From assembly GCA_963851265.1 (NCBI GenBank), contig CAWKNZ010000002.1, positions 192,001 to 256,000 on the forward strand: a stretch of DNA of 64,000 bases. The letters are read 5' to 3'. Below the pieces are notes generated by a model that ran no database searches, was not told where the DNA came from, and worked only from the letters and a program-made list of their open reading frames with translations. Numbering within the stretch: position 1 is the stretch's first letter; each line of letters opens with the position of its first letter. The translations under genes were made by a program, and so were the position numbers. Positions 1-10,147 of the stretch are shown here, piece by piece. Source of the stretch: an uncultured Gemmatimonadales bacterium. Lineage in GTDB: Bacteria; Gemmatimonadota; Gemmatimonadetes; Gemmatimonadales; Gemmatimonadaceae.

Positions 1-162
1 CAGGCAGTAGGCGGCGGCCCGCGCCGGGAATGCGGCGTCGCCCTTGATCCGTGTGAAGCGCTCCTCCTGCGCCGCGGCGACGATCTCACCGTCGCGGAGC
101 AGGCACGCGGCCGAATCGTGGTAGTAGGCCGAGAGGCCGAGGACGCAGCGCGGGGCGTGCAC
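1..162 (-). CDS. Carbamoyltransferase (CmcH/NodU/TobZ family), N-terminal fragment running off the left edge
   Basis: Manual minus-strand translation from GTG at 162 gives VLGLSAYYHDSAACLLRDGEIVAAAQEERFTRIKGDAAFP, the typical N-terminal HD...QEERF.R.K signature. Not in the ORF track. Confidence 0.9.
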   Translation of the reverse strand, partial: MHAPRCVLGLSAYYHDSAACLLRDGEIVAAAQEERFTRIKGDAAFPARAAAYCL

Positions 163-179
163 GCCGGTGTCGGCCCGCG

Positions 180-2240
180 TCAGGCCGGGGGGACGCGCTG
201 GGCGAGGTCGGCCGCGCGCGGGTCGCCGGGGGCGGCGCGCCGGAGTGCGCCGAGCGCCGCGCGCGCCTTGTCGTACTGCTCCAGCAGCGTGTACGCGACG
301 GCGAGGTTGTAGAGCCGCGTCGCGTCCGCCGTCGCACTCGTGATGCCGGGCGCCCGCCCCGATTCGAGGATCGGGAGCGCGCGGGCGGCGGTGACGGTGA
401 GCGCGGCCTTCCGATCGTCCGGCGCAAGCTGCGCGGCGCGCGCGAGGGCCGCGAGCGCGGCGGTCCGGTCGCCGGCCTGGAGCGCGAGCAGCCCCGCGAG
501 CCGGAACCCTTCGGGGGTCTCGCGCCGCGCGTTCGCGCGCTGCGCGTACGCGAGCGCCTCGGTGGGGCGGTGCGCGGCCGCCGCCAGTTGCGCGGCGTCG
601 AGCCACGGCTGTGGCGAGTACCGGAACTCCTGCGCCATCACGCGCGACACGGCGAGGGCGCGCGTCGTGTCGCCGGCGCGCGCGTATTGCAGGCGCAGCG
701 CGTCCGTGGCCGGCGCCCACTGCGTCTGGCCCAACACGAGCGCGCGCGCGAGCGCCTCGACCTGCGTGCGCGGCCGGAGCGTGTCGACGGCCGGGATCAC
801 GACCGCGCCGCGCGGCTGGAAGGGCCAGCCCGACACCAGGCGGTCGGTGCGGAGTGCGCCCACGGCCGAATCGACCGCCGTCACCGGGACGTCGGCGACG
901 GCCGGCGCGGCCGCCGGCGCACTCGCGGGCAGGCCGCGGGCGCGCAGCGCGTCGTAGAACGCGCGGGCGATGGTCGCGTAGCCGTCGACGTTCGGGTGCA
1001 GGTGTTCGAGGATGAGCGAGTGCCCGGGGATGCCGCCCGGCGAGGCGCGTTCGACGGCGGCCTGCGATTCGACGACCGTGGCGCCGTGCGCGGCGGCCTG
1101 CTCGCGGATCACCGCGTTCAGGGCTTCGGGCGCGCGGAAGCGCAGCTCATCGTCCTCCTTGGCGGCGCGGTACTCCGGGCGTGCGCCCGTCGTGTCGCCT
1201 CGCGCCTCGAGCAGCCGGGCGAGCGCGTAGTGGGCGTCGGCGCGGCCTGCGTCGATGGCGAGCGACGCGCGGACCGCGCGCTCCGACGCCGCCGTGTCGC
1301 CCCGGCGGAGCGCGGCTACGGCGGCGTCGGCGCTGCGCTGCCAGGCCGCCGTGTCGCTGCCGGGGGTGAACCCGCTGACGAACGGCGGCTGGTCGCGTTC
1401 GTTGCTGACGAGCGTGCCGACGAACACCGGGACCCCCGCGGCCTGGTACTTCGCGAGGAGCGCGCCGAGGTTGGCGCGGAACTGCGCGACCCCCGCCGCG
1501 TACCGGGCGGAGCCTAACGCGACGTGCTGGTCGCCCGCCATCAGCGCCATCACCGACCGCGGCGCGTCGGCGGGGCCGCCGGTCGGCCCGTCCGGCGGCC
1601 CGCCCGCCCCGCGCACGCCGCCGAGCGCGTTCTCCACGAGCTGCACGAGCCGCAGGTGGCGCAGGGCGAGGTACGCGCGCACGAGCGCGGGCGAGCGGCC
1701 GAGCGGTCCGGCCGCGCCGGCGCCGAACACGCCGTAGTACTCGTTGTGCCCCGTGTAGATGAGCACCGCGTCGGGGTGCTCGGCGAGGATGGCGTCGGCC
1801 TGGTCGAGCAGGACGTAGGAGCTGACGGCCGTGAAGGCGGTGTTCACCACCTCGACGCCGCGGCCCGGGACGTCGCGCTGCAGCCACGCCTCGAGGATGC
1901 GCGACGGCGCCGCGCCGTGGAGGTAGGGGAACCCTTCCGCGGAGCTCTCTCCCTGGAAGAAGACGCGGAAGGTCCCGGCCGGCTTCGCGGCGCGGAAGAA
2001 GTCGGTGTGGGGCGTGGGGACGAAGGCGCCGCGGAAGTACCGCCGGGCCGCGTCGGGGTTGCTGAAGCGGTAGTCCGGTTGCGGCCCGTACGCGCTGAAG
2101 AGCGGGTAGTCGCCGCCGTACCCGCCGGCGCGCAGCCCGAGCTCGAGCAGCGCCAGGAGCAGCCACGGGAGGGCGAGCGTGAGGACGACGAGGAGCGCGC
2201 GCTGGCGGGGGCTCGGCAGGGCGGCGACGGCCGCGGACAT
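180..2240 (-). CDS. Membrane-anchored SGNH/GDSL-hydrolase-like protein with C-terminal TPR-like repeats
   Basis: ATG at 2240 (MSAAVAAL). N-terminal TM helix, blocks QGESSAEG, YTGHNE and EHLHP, then Ala-rich TPR-like helices. Confidence 0.8.
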   Translation of the reverse strand: MSAAVAALPSPRQRALLVVLTLALPWLLLALLELGLRAGGYGGDYPLFSAYGPQPDYRFSNPDAARRYFRGAFVPTPHTDFFRAAKPAGTFRVFFQGESSAEGFPYLHGAAPSRILEAWLQRDVPGRGVEVVNTAFTAVSSYVLLDQADAILAEHPDAVLIYTGHNEYYGVFGAGAAGPLGRSPALVRAYLALRHLRLVQLVENALGGVRGAGGPPDGPTGGPADAPRSVMALMAGDQHVALGSARYAAGVAQFRANLGALLAKYQAAGVPVFVGTLVSNERDQPPFVSGFTPGSDTAAWQRSADAAVAALRRGDTAASERAVRASLAIDAGRADAHYALARLLEARGDTTGARPEYRAAKEDDELRFRAPEALNAVIREQAAAHGATVVESQAAVERASPGGIPGHSLILEHLHPNVDGYATIARAFYDALRARGLPASAPAAAPAVADVPVTAVDSAVGALRTDRLVSGWPFQPRGAVVIPAVDTLRPRTQVEALARALVLGQTQWAPATDALRLQYARAGDTTRALAVSRVMAQEFRYSPQPWLDAAQLAAAAHRPTEALAYAQRANARRETPEGFRLAGLLALQAGDRTAALAALARAAQLAPDDRKAALTVTAARALPILESGRAPGITSATADATRLYNLAVAYTLLEQYDKARAALGALRRAAPGDPRAADLAQRVPPA

Positions 2241-2443
2241 CGACGAACGGGAGCGGCGTAGCGGAGGGGCGGGACGCCGCGGGCACGCGCCCGCGGGGGA
2301 GCCGCAAGCTAACGCCGCCCCGGGCGTGACGGTCGTCGTGTCGGCGTGTTGATTGGCTGCGGACGGCAGTTCCCGGTTCGGCCACCCCGTGCCGAGCGGG
2401 TGCGGCCGCGCACACCCTCTCGCGCGCACACCATCTCGGGCGA

Positions 2444-5350
2444 ATGCCGAATCGAGCCACGCGCCTCCGCGCCACGCGCGCACGGGCCCTGTCCGCGGCC
2501 TCCGCGCTCCTCGCGACCCTCGCCGGCGCGGCGGCGCCGTCCGCGGCGCGCGCACAGCAGCCGGCCGCCGCGCCCCGCGCCGACACGGTCCCCCTCCCCG
2601 AGCACCCGCGCCCCGACTTCATGCGCGCGGAGTGGGTGAACCTGAACGGCCGCTGGCAGTTCGCGTTCGACCGGGCCGACGCGGGGGTGCGCGACGGCTG
2701 GTACCGGCCTAACGGACCCATGCCCGCGGCGCACCGCGTGCTCGTGCCGTTCTCGTGGGCCGCGCCCGCGTCGGGGGTCGGGGCCGACAGCGCGGACGTG
2801 GGCTGGTACGCGCGGAGCGTGACCGTGCCGGCCGCGTGGCGCGGGCGGCGCGTGTTCCTCGTCGTCGGCGCGTCGGACTGGCGCACGTCGGCGTGGCTCG
2901 ACGGCGAATCGCTCGGCACGCACGAGGGCGGCTACACGCCGTTCTCGATGGAGCTGACGCGCCACGCGCGCGCCGGCGACGCGCAGCGCCTCGTGCTGCG
3001 GGTGGACGACGCGCCGCGCCCCTTCCGGCTCGACGGCAAGCAGGGCTACGGCAACGTGCGCGGGCCGTGGCAGACCGTGTACCTCGAGGCGCGCGGCGAC
3101 GCGCCGCTCGAGTGGGTGCACTTCACCCCCGACGTGGCGAACGGCCGCGTGGCGGTCGAGGCGAAGCTGCTGGAGCCCGCGCCGCGCGCGCTCACCTTCT
3201 CGCTGGCCTTCCGCGACACGAGCGTGCGCGCCGTGTCGCGCCCCGTCGCGCGCGGCGCGACCACGGTGCGCTTCGAGGTCCCGGTCCCCCGCGCGCGGCT
3301 CTGGCGGCCCGAGGACCCGTACCTGTACGAAGCGACGGCCACGTTAGGCGCGCCCGGGGTGGCCGCGGACCGCGTCGAGACGTATTTCGGGATGCGCACC
3401 GTCTCGGTGGTGGACCTGCCGGGGACCAACATCCCCTACGTCGCGCTCAACGGGAAGCCGCTGTACCTGGAACTCGCGCTCGACCAGGCGTACCACCCGA
3501 CCGGGTACTACACCTTCCCCACCGACAGCGTGCTGCGCGACGAGATCCTGCGCGCGCGGCAGATCGGGCTCACGGGGCTGCGCGAGCACATCAAGATCGA
3601 GGCGCCCCGCAAGCTCTACTGGGCCGACCGGCTGGGCGTGCTCATCATGGCCGACGTGCCCAACTGGTGGGGCCCGCCCGACTCGGCCGCCTTCCGCGGG
3701 CACGAGGCGGCGATGCGCGGGATGATCGCCCGCGACTACAACCACCCGAGCGTGTTCGCGTGGATCCCGTTCAACGAGTCGTGGGGGCTCACCACGCAGG
3801 TCGCGGGGAAGGGCGTGTACCTCCCCGAGACGCAGGCCAAGGTGTCGAGCGTGCAGCAGCTCGCGAAGCGCCTCGACCCGACCCGCCTCGTCGAGGACCA
3901 GTCGCCGTGCTGCGGCCGCTGGCACACGACCACCGACCTCAACTCGTGGCACGAGTACCTGCCCGGCTGGAAGTGGGCGTCGTACATGGACCGGGTGAGC
4001 GACAGCACGTTTCGGGGCTCGCCGTGGCACTTCCTCGGCGGCAGGCGACAGGCCGGGCAGCCGATGATGAACTCGGAATTCGGCAACGTCTGGGGCTACG
4101 AGGGGAGTACGGGCGACGTCGACTGGAGCTGGGACTACCACCGCGCGATCGACGCGTTCCGGCGGCACCCGAAGCTCGCGGGGTGGCTCTACACCGAGCA
4201 CTCGGACGTGATCAACGAGTGGAACGGGTACTGGCGTTTCGACCGCTCGCCGAAGGAGACGGGGGTCGGCGACCTCGTGCCGGGGATGACGCTCGCCGAC
4301 TTCCACGCGCCGCTCTACGTGGCGGTGGGCGACTCGGAGCTGGCGCGCACCGCGCGCGCGGGGGAGCGCGTCTCGGTGCCGCTCTACGCCTCGTTCCTGT
4401 CCGGCACCGCGGCGTACGGCGACTCGCTCGTGCTGCGCACCGAGCTGTGGGGGTGGAACGCGTTGGGCGAGCGCAAGGTGTGGGCGACGTCCGCGCGGCG
4501 CGTGCCCTACCGCCCGTGGATGAGCGCCCCGCTCGCGCCGCTCGAGGTGACGATGCCGGACGAGCCCGCGGTGGCGGTGCTCGCCACGCGGCTGGAGGAC
4601 GCGAGCGGCACGGTGCTGCACCACAACTTCGCGACCTACGTGGTCGAGGGGGCGGCCCCGTCGTCCGCGACGCTCGCCGACGGGCGCCGCGTGCGCGTGG
4701 CGAGCGTGCCGGCCGCGCAACTCGCCGGCGGGCGGTGGTCGCAGAAGCAGTGGCCGGTGATGGGCGGGCTCAAGATGGACGGCGCGGGGAGCGGCTACTT
4801 CGAGTACCGCATCCCGTGGCCCGCCGGGCTCGCGGCGGCGGATGTGGCCGGGGCGACGTTCCTCGTCGAGGCGTCGAGCAAGCGGCTGTTGGGCAAGGAC
4901 CGCGACAGCACGGTGCGCGGCGACGGCGACTACATGCGCGGCGGCGGGCTGCAGGACCCGGGCAAGAACCCCAACGCCTACCCGATGACGGGCACCGCGA
5001 AGTGGCCGAGCGCGGTGACGGTGCGCGCGAACGGGGTGGACGCGGGGCGGGTGGAGCTCGCGGACGACCCGGCCGACAGCCGCGGGGTGCTCAGCTGGCA
5101 CGCGCAGCTGCACGACGGGCACCTGCACGAGGCCGGGTCGTACGGGCAGCTCGTGCGCGTGGCGCTGCCGCCCGAGGCGGTGGCGCGGGCGGCCCGGGAG
5201 GGCGCGGTGACCGTGCGGCTGGAGGTGGACGAGGCGCTGCCGGGCGGGCTGGCGATCTACGGCCGGCAGTTCGGTCGGTACCCGGTGGACCCGACGGTGC
5301 TCTTCGTGTTGCGCGACGGCGCGGCGGCGCGGACGGCCGGCGCACGATGA
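2444..5350 (+). CDS. Secreted glycoside hydrolase family 2
   Basis: Signal peptide (ARA-QQ); P.HPRP..R.EW.NLNG.W.F, HEGGYTPF, RDYNHPSV..W.PFNESWG and SEFG motifs. Confidence 0.88.
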   Translation: MPNRATRLRATRARALSAASALLATLAGAAAPSAARAQQPAAAPRADTVPLPEHPRPDFMRAEWVNLNGRWQFAFDRADAGVRDGWYRPNGPMPAAHRVLVPFSWAAPASGVGADSADVGWYARSVTVPAAWRGRRVFLVVGASDWRTSAWLDGESLGTHEGGYTPFSMELTRHARAGDAQRLVLRVDDAPRPFRLDGKQGYGNVRGPWQTVYLEARGDAPLEWVHFTPDVANGRVAVEAKLLEPAPRALTFSLAFRDTSVRAVSRPVARGATTVRFEVPVPRARLWRPEDPYLYEATATLGAPGVAADRVETYFGMRTVSVVDLPGTNIPYVALNGKPLYLELALDQAYHPTGYYTFPTDSVLRDEILRARQIGLTGLREHIKIEAPRKLYWADRLGVLIMADVPNWWGPPDSAAFRGHEAAMRGMIARDYNHPSVFAWIPFNESWGLTTQVAGKGVYLPETQAKVSSVQQLAKRLDPTRLVEDQSPCCGRWHTTTDLNSWHEYLPGWKWASYMDRVSDSTFRGSPWHFLGGRRQAGQPMMNSEFGNVWGYEGSTGDVDWSWDYHRAIDAFRRHPKLAGWLYTEHSDVINEWNGYWRFDRSPKETGVGDLVPGMTLADFHAPLYVAVGDSELARTARAGERVSVPLYASFLSGTAAYGDSLVLRTELWGWNALGERKVWATSARRVPYRPWMSAPLAPLEVTMPDEPAVAVLATRLEDASGTVLHHNFATYVVEGAAPSSATLADGRRVRVASVPAAQLAGGRWSQKQWPVMGGLKMDGAGSGYFEYRIPWPAGLAAADVAGATFLVEASSKRLLGKDRDSTVRGDGDYMRGGGLQDPGKNPNAYPMTGTAKWPSAVTVRANGVDAGRVELADDPADSRGVLSWHAQLHDGHLHEAGSYGQLVRVALPPEAVARAAREGAVTVRLEVDEALPGGLAIYGRQFGRYPVDPTVLFVLRDGAAARTAGAR

Positions 5351-6834
5351 CGCGGCCGGCGCGGGTCGGGGGCGGTGCGGTCGGGGCCGTGCTGGCCGCG
5401 GCGCTCCTCGGTACGCCCGGCCCCGCCCCGGCGCAGGGAGCGCCGCCCGGGGCGGCGCCGCCCGCGCCGCGCTACGCCGCGACCTGGGCCTCGCTCGACG
5501 GCCGCCCGGTGCCGGCGTGGTACGACAGCGCCAAGTTCGGGATCTTCATTCACTGGGGCGTCTACTCGGTCCCCGCGTGGGCCCCGACGGGACCGGACGT
5601 GCCGGTGTACGAGAAATATGCGGAGTGGTACGAACGGCGCGTGCGCGAGGACAGCGCGCGGGGCGGGCCGTTCTGGCGCTTCCACGCGCGCGTGTACGGC
5701 GCGGGCACGCCGTACGCGGCGTTCGCGCCGCAGTTCCGGGCCGAGCTGTGGGACGCGGGCGAGTGGGCCGAGCTGTTCGCACGCAGCGGGGCGCGGTACG
5801 TGGTGCTCACCTCGAAGCACCACGACGGCTTCGCGCTCTGGCCGAGCGCGGAGAGCCCGGGGTGGAACAGCGCGGCCGTGGGGCCGCGGCGCGACGTCGC
5901 CGGCGAGCTCGCGGCCGCCGTGCGCGCGCGCGGCCTGCGGATGGGCTTCTACTACTCGCTCTACGAGTGGTACCACCCGCTCTACACGGCCGACACCACT
6001 GCGGCCGGCGCGGCCCGGCTGCGGCGCTACGTCGACGCGCACATGCTCCCGCAGCTGCGCGACCTCGTGACGCGATACTGCCCCGCGGTGCTCTGGACCG
6101 ACGGCGAGTGGGAGCACCCGAGCGCCGCGTGGCGGAGCCCCGAGTTCCTCGCCTGGCTCTTCAACGAGGGGCCTAACGGCGCCGAGGTCGTCGTGAACGA
6201 CCGCTGGGGCGCGGAGACGCGCGGCCGCCACGGCGGCTTCTACACGAGCGAGTACGCCGTCGAGAAGTTGCCGTCCGGCGACGGCGGCGCGGCGGTGCAC
6301 AAGTGGGAGGAGACGCGCGGCGTCGGGGGCTCGTTCGGCTACAACCGCGCCGAAGCGTTGGGCGACTACCGCACGGGGCGCGAACTCGTGCACCTGCTGG
6401 TCGAGACGGTGGCGCGCGGCGGCAACCTGCTGCTCGACGTGGGCCCGACGGCGGACGGCCGCGTGCCGGTGGTCATGCAGCAGCGGCTGGCCGACGTGGG
6501 CGGCTGGCTGCGGACCAACGGCGAGGCGATCTACGGCACGCGGCGCTGGCGCGTGAGCGCCGACACGGGGGCGGGGGTGGGCGGCGGGGCGCCCGCGGTG
6601 CGCTACACCGCGCGCGGCGACACCGTGTACGCCGTCGCGCTCGAGTACCCGGCGGGGGAGCTGGTGCTCGCGGCACCGCGCGCGGGTCCTGGCGCGGCGG
6701 TGTCGCTCGTCGGGTACGGCGGGCCGCTCCGCTGGCGCGTCGAGGGCGGCCGGCTCCGGGTGGCGGTGCCCGCGCTTTCGCCCGACGGCCCGCTGCGGCA
6801 CGCGTACGTCTTCCGGCTCACGGGGGTCTCGTGA
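5347..6834 (+). CDS. Alpha-L-fucosidase (GH29)
   Basis: ATGA overlap with the GH2 stop; KFGIFIHWG.YSVP, TSKHHDGF.LW, LWTDG, VVNDRW, GGNLLL.VGP and NGEAIYGT motifs. Confidence 0.93.
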   Translation: MTRPARVGGGAVGAVLAAALLGTPGPAPAQGAPPGAAPPAPRYAATWASLDGRPVPAWYDSAKFGIFIHWGVYSVPAWAPTGPDVPVYEKYAEWYERRVREDSARGGPFWRFHARVYGAGTPYAAFAPQFRAELWDAGEWAELFARSGARYVVLTSKHHDGFALWPSAESPGWNSAAVGPRRDVAGELAAAVRARGLRMGFYYSLYEWYHPLYTADTTAAGAARLRRYVDAHMLPQLRDLVTRYCPAVLWTDGEWEHPSAAWRSPEFLAWLFNEGPNGAEVVVNDRWGAETRGRHGGFYTSEYAVEKLPSGDGGAAVHKWEETRGVGGSFGYNRAEALGDYRTGRELVHLLVETVARGGNLLLDVGPTADGRVPVVMQQRLADVGGWLRTNGEAIYGTRRWRVSADTGAGVGGGAPAVRYTARGDTVYAVALEYPAGELVLAAPRAGPGAAVSLVGYGGPLRWRVEGGRLRVAVPALSPDGPLRHAYVFRLTGVS

Positions 6835-6883
6835 GCGCGCCGCGCGCAACGTTGTTTTCCGTCCCACGTCCGGAGTGTGCCTC

Positions 6884-8926
6884 GTGAATCGACGCCGTTT
6901 CGTTCAGTCCGCGGCGGCCGGCCTCGCGGCCGCCGCGCTCCCCGGCGTCGCGGAGGCCGCCGGCACGGCCGGAGCGCCCGGCACCGCCGGGGCGCCCGGC
7001 GTCGCCGGCGTCCACTTCGGCCGCGCCCCGCTCGCCGCGGTACCCTACGCGCCGCTTCCGTTAGGCGCGGTGCGCGCCCGCGGCTGGCTCGCCGAACAGC
7101 TCCGGCTGATGGCCGACGGCCTCGCCGGCCACCTCGACGAGCGCTACCCGCTCGTCGGCCCCGACAACGCCTGGCTGGGCGGCGCGGGCGACACGTGGGA
7201 ACGCGGCCCGTACTGGCTCGACGGGCTCGTCCCCCTCGCGCACACGCTCGGCGACGAGGACGGCGCGCGGCGCGCGGCGCTGGTCGCCAAGGCGCGGCCG
7301 TGGGTCGAGCACGCGCTCGCCTCGCAGCGCGCCGACGGCTACTTCGGCCCGCCGGACGACGCCGGACGCGGGCGCGACGCCGACGGCGTGCAGCGCGCGA
7401 ACTCCGCCGACTGGTGGCCGCGGATGGTGATGCTCAAGGTGCTCCAGCAGCACCACGAGGCCGCCGGCGACCCGCGCGTGCCGCCGTTCATGGCGCGCTA
7501 CTTCGCGTACCAGCGCGCGCGGCTGCCCGAGACGCCGCTGAATCACTGGACGCAGTGGGCGCAGCACCGCGGCGGGGAGAACCAGGCGAGTGCGCTCTGG
7601 CTCTACGACCGCACGGGCGACCCCGCGCTGCTCGACCTCGCGCGGCTGCTGCAGGCGCAGACCTCCGACTGGACGGACGGCTTCGCGCACGAGCAGCCGC
7701 CGTCGACGCACGGCGTGAACGTGGCGATGGGCGTGAAGCAGCCCGCGGTGGCCTACCTGCTCGACGGCGACCCGCACCGGCTGGACGCCGTAGACCGCGG
7801 GCTCGCGTTCCTCCGGCGCGACCACGGGCAGGTGACCGGGATGTTCTCGGGGGACGAGCCGCTGCACGGCACCGACCCGCTGCAGGGCACCGAGCTGTGC
7901 ACGGTCGTCGAGCTGATGTTCTCGCTCGAGACGCTCGTGCGCGTGACGGGGGGCGTGGCGCACGCCGACCACCTGGAGCGCGTCGCCTACAACGCGCTGC
8001 CCGCGCAGGTCATGCGCGACTACACCGCGCGGCAGTACTACCAGCAGCCCAACCAGGTGGTGGTGGACCGCGACGACAGTCACTACGTGCAGCAGCACGA
8101 CGGCACCTCGCAGCTCATGGGGCTGCTCACCGGCTACCCGTGCTGCACGGTGAACATGCACCAGGGGTGGCCGAAGTTCGTGCACGCGCTGTGGCTCGCG
8201 AGCCGCGACGGCGGGCTCGCGGCGATGACGTACGGGCCGAGCGTGGCGCGCGTGACCGTGGGCGGGGTGCCGGTCGAGGTGGAGCAGGCGACGGCCTACC
8301 CGTTCGAGGACGACGTGCGCGTGGTGGTGCGCCCGGCGCGGCCGGTCGCCTTTCCGCTGCACCTGCGGGTGCCGGCGTGGGCGGAGGGGGCGTCGGTGCG
8401 GGTGAACGGCGCGCCGGGGCCGGAGGCGGTGCCGGGGCGCGTGGTGCGGGTGGCGCGCACGTGGCGGGCGGGCGACGTGGTCCAGCTGCGGCTGCCGGCA
8501 CGCGTGCGGACGAGCGCGTGGCACAAGGGGCTCGCCGGCGTGGAGCGCGGGCCGCTCGTCTACGCGCTGCCGGTGGGCGAGGACTGGCGGCGGATCGGCG
8601 AGCAGGGGGGCGTGCCGACCTACGAGGTGCACCCGACGACGCCGTGGAACTACGCGCTGGTCGCGGGCGCGCCGATGCGCGTCGAGCGGCCCGCGCCTAA
8701 CGGGCGGCCGGGTGCGGTGCCGCTGCGGCCGTGGACGGCCGCGGCCGCGCCGCTCGCGGTGGTGGCCGCGGGGCGGCGGGTGCCCGGGTGGCGGCGCTAC
8801 GCGTCCGTGGACGGCACGCTGCCGTACAGCCCCGTCGCGACGGCCGAGCCCGCGGAGGCGTTGCGGCTGGTGCCGTACGGGTGCACGACGCTGCGGCTGT
8901 CGGAGTTCCCGGTGGCCGCGGGCTAG
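6884..8926 (+). CDS. Tat-exported beta-L-arabinofuranosidase-like protein (GH127/GH146)
   Basis: GTG after GGAG; twin-arginine NRRRFV; WERGPYW.DG, HGVN, ELCTVVE, LER.AYNALP and YPCC motifs. Confidence 0.85.
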   Translation: MNRRRFVQSAAAGLAAAALPGVAEAAGTAGAPGTAGAPGVAGVHFGRAPLAAVPYAPLPLGAVRARGWLAEQLRLMADGLAGHLDERYPLVGPDNAWLGGAGDTWERGPYWLDGLVPLAHTLGDEDGARRAALVAKARPWVEHALASQRADGYFGPPDDAGRGRDADGVQRANSADWWPRMVMLKVLQQHHEAAGDPRVPPFMARYFAYQRARLPETPLNHWTQWAQHRGGENQASALWLYDRTGDPALLDLARLLQAQTSDWTDGFAHEQPPSTHGVNVAMGVKQPAVAYLLDGDPHRLDAVDRGLAFLRRDHGQVTGMFSGDEPLHGTDPLQGTELCTVVELMFSLETLVRVTGGVAHADHLERVAYNALPAQVMRDYTARQYYQQPNQVVVDRDDSHYVQQHDGTSQLMGLLTGYPCCTVNMHQGWPKFVHALWLASRDGGLAAMTYGPSVARVTVGGVPVEVEQATAYPFEDDVRVVVRPARPVAFPLHLRVPAWAEGASVRVNGAPGPEAVPGRVVRVARTWRAGDVVQLRLPARVRTSAWHKGLAGVERGPLVYALPVGEDWRRIGEQGGVPTYEVHPTTPWNYALVAGAPMRVERPAPNGRPGAVPLRPWTAAAAPLAVVAAGRRVPGWRRYASVDGTLPYSPVATAEPAEALRLVPYGCTTLRLSEFPVAAG

Positions 8927-8997
8927 CGCCCGCGCCGCGGCGCGCGAACCCTTTACGCGTCCCGGTCCGTCGTGTAGCGTGGCCTCACGCCGTCCGG

Positions 8998-9013
8998 GTG
9001 TAAGCGCTTACAC
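8998..9013. promoter_or_regulatory. Perfect 16-bp palindrome GTGTAAGCGCTTACAC, LacI-family operator
   Basis: AT-richer palindrome with a central AAGCGCTT core, about 80 bp upstream of the ABC/ara operon that ends in a LacI gene. Confidence 0.8.
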
Positions 9014-9090
9014 GCCCGCCCGCCGACACGCGCCCGCGGGCTCGGCGGTACGCCGCGGCGCCCCCTTCCGCCCTCTCACGTGGCCCCCGC

Positions 9091-10095
9091 GTGAACTCGA
9101 CCACCGCCGCGCCGGCCGCCGCGCCCGCGGCCGCGCCCGCGGCCGGCGCGCTCCGCCGCCTCCTGGCCGTGCGCGAGGCCGGCGTGCTCGGCGCGCTGAT
9201 CGTGCTCTGCGTCCTGCTGTCGTTCGCCAGCCCCTATTTCTTCACGTTGCGCAACATATTCAACGTGCTGCAGGGGATGAGCACGATCGGGATCATGGCG
9301 GTCGGGATGACGATGGTGCTCGTGTCGGGCGGGCTCGACCTCTCGGTGGGCTCGGTGCTCGCCGTGGGCGCGGTGGTCACGGCGCGCCTGATGACCTACG
9401 CGGGGCTCGACCCGTGGCTCGCCGTGCTGTGCGGCCTCGGCTCGGGGGTCGCGTTCGGGCTCGTCAACGGGTTGCTCGTCACGCGGCTCGGCATCGTGCC
9501 CTTCATCACGACGCTCGGCACGCTCAGCATCGGCCGCGGGCTCACCTTCCTGCTCGCGAGCGGCGGCGCGGGCACGGTCGCGAGCAACGTGCCGATGCGC
9601 GACGCGGGCGTGGGCTTCCTCGGGGCCGGCTACGTCGGCCCCGTGCCGATGCCGGTGATCATCATGCTCGCCCTCGTCGCCCTCGCCGCGGTGTTCCTCG
9701 CCAACACCGTGCTCGGCCGGCAGATCTACGCGGTGGGCAGCAACCCGCGCGCGGCCCGCCTGTCGGGCGTGGCGGTGGGGCGCGTGCAGCTCTTCACGTA
9801 CGTGCTCACCGGCGGCCTCGCGGCGCTCGCCGGCGTGGTCAGCGCGGGGCTCCTGTCGACCGCGTCGACCAACGCCGGCGAGGGTGTCGAACTCGACGTG
9901 ATCGCGGCCGCGGTGATCGGCGGCACGAGCCTGCAGGGCGGCGAGGGGAGCGTGGTGGGCACGCTGTTCGGCGCCGCGATCATGGCCGTCGTGCGCAACG
10001 CGTTCGTCCTCCTCGGCCTGCCGCTGCACTTCCAGACGATGATCATCGGCGCGGTGATCCTGCTCGCCGTCGGCCTCGACCGGCGCCGCCGCTGA
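9091..10095 (+). CDS. Monosaccharide ABC transporter permease (RbsC/AraH family)
   Basis: GMTMV..SGGLDLSVGS, G.N.RAARLSGV and ELDVIAA.VIGG motifs; multiple TM segments. Confidence 0.93.
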   Translation: MNSTTAAPAAAPAAAPAAGALRRLLAVREAGVLGALIVLCVLLSFASPYFFTLRNIFNVLQGMSTIGIMAVGMTMVLVSGGLDLSVGSVLAVGAVVTARLMTYAGLDPWLAVLCGLGSGVAFGLVNGLLVTRLGIVPFITTLGTLSIGRGLTFLLASGGAGTVASNVPMRDAGVGFLGAGYVGPVPMPVIIMLALVALAAVFLANTVLGRQIYAVGSNPRAARLSGVAVGRVQLFTYVLTGGLAALAGVVSAGLLSTASTNAGEGVELDVIAAAVIGGTSLQGGEGSVVGTLFGAAIMAVVRNAFVLLGLPLHFQTMIIGAVILLAVGLDRRRR

Positions 10096-10147
10096 CCGCC
10101 GGACCGTCGACTCCGCCCCTTCCCACTCCGCCCCGTCTCGCTCGCCG

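Noticed and set aside
2755..5346. Long N-terminal extensions on GH29 (and similarly araB, bglX, tsaC and the Gfo oxidoreductase) in the ORF track
   Set aside because: They are open shadow frames of the neighbouring gene. True starts lie downstream, at ATGA overlaps or where the family sequence begins.
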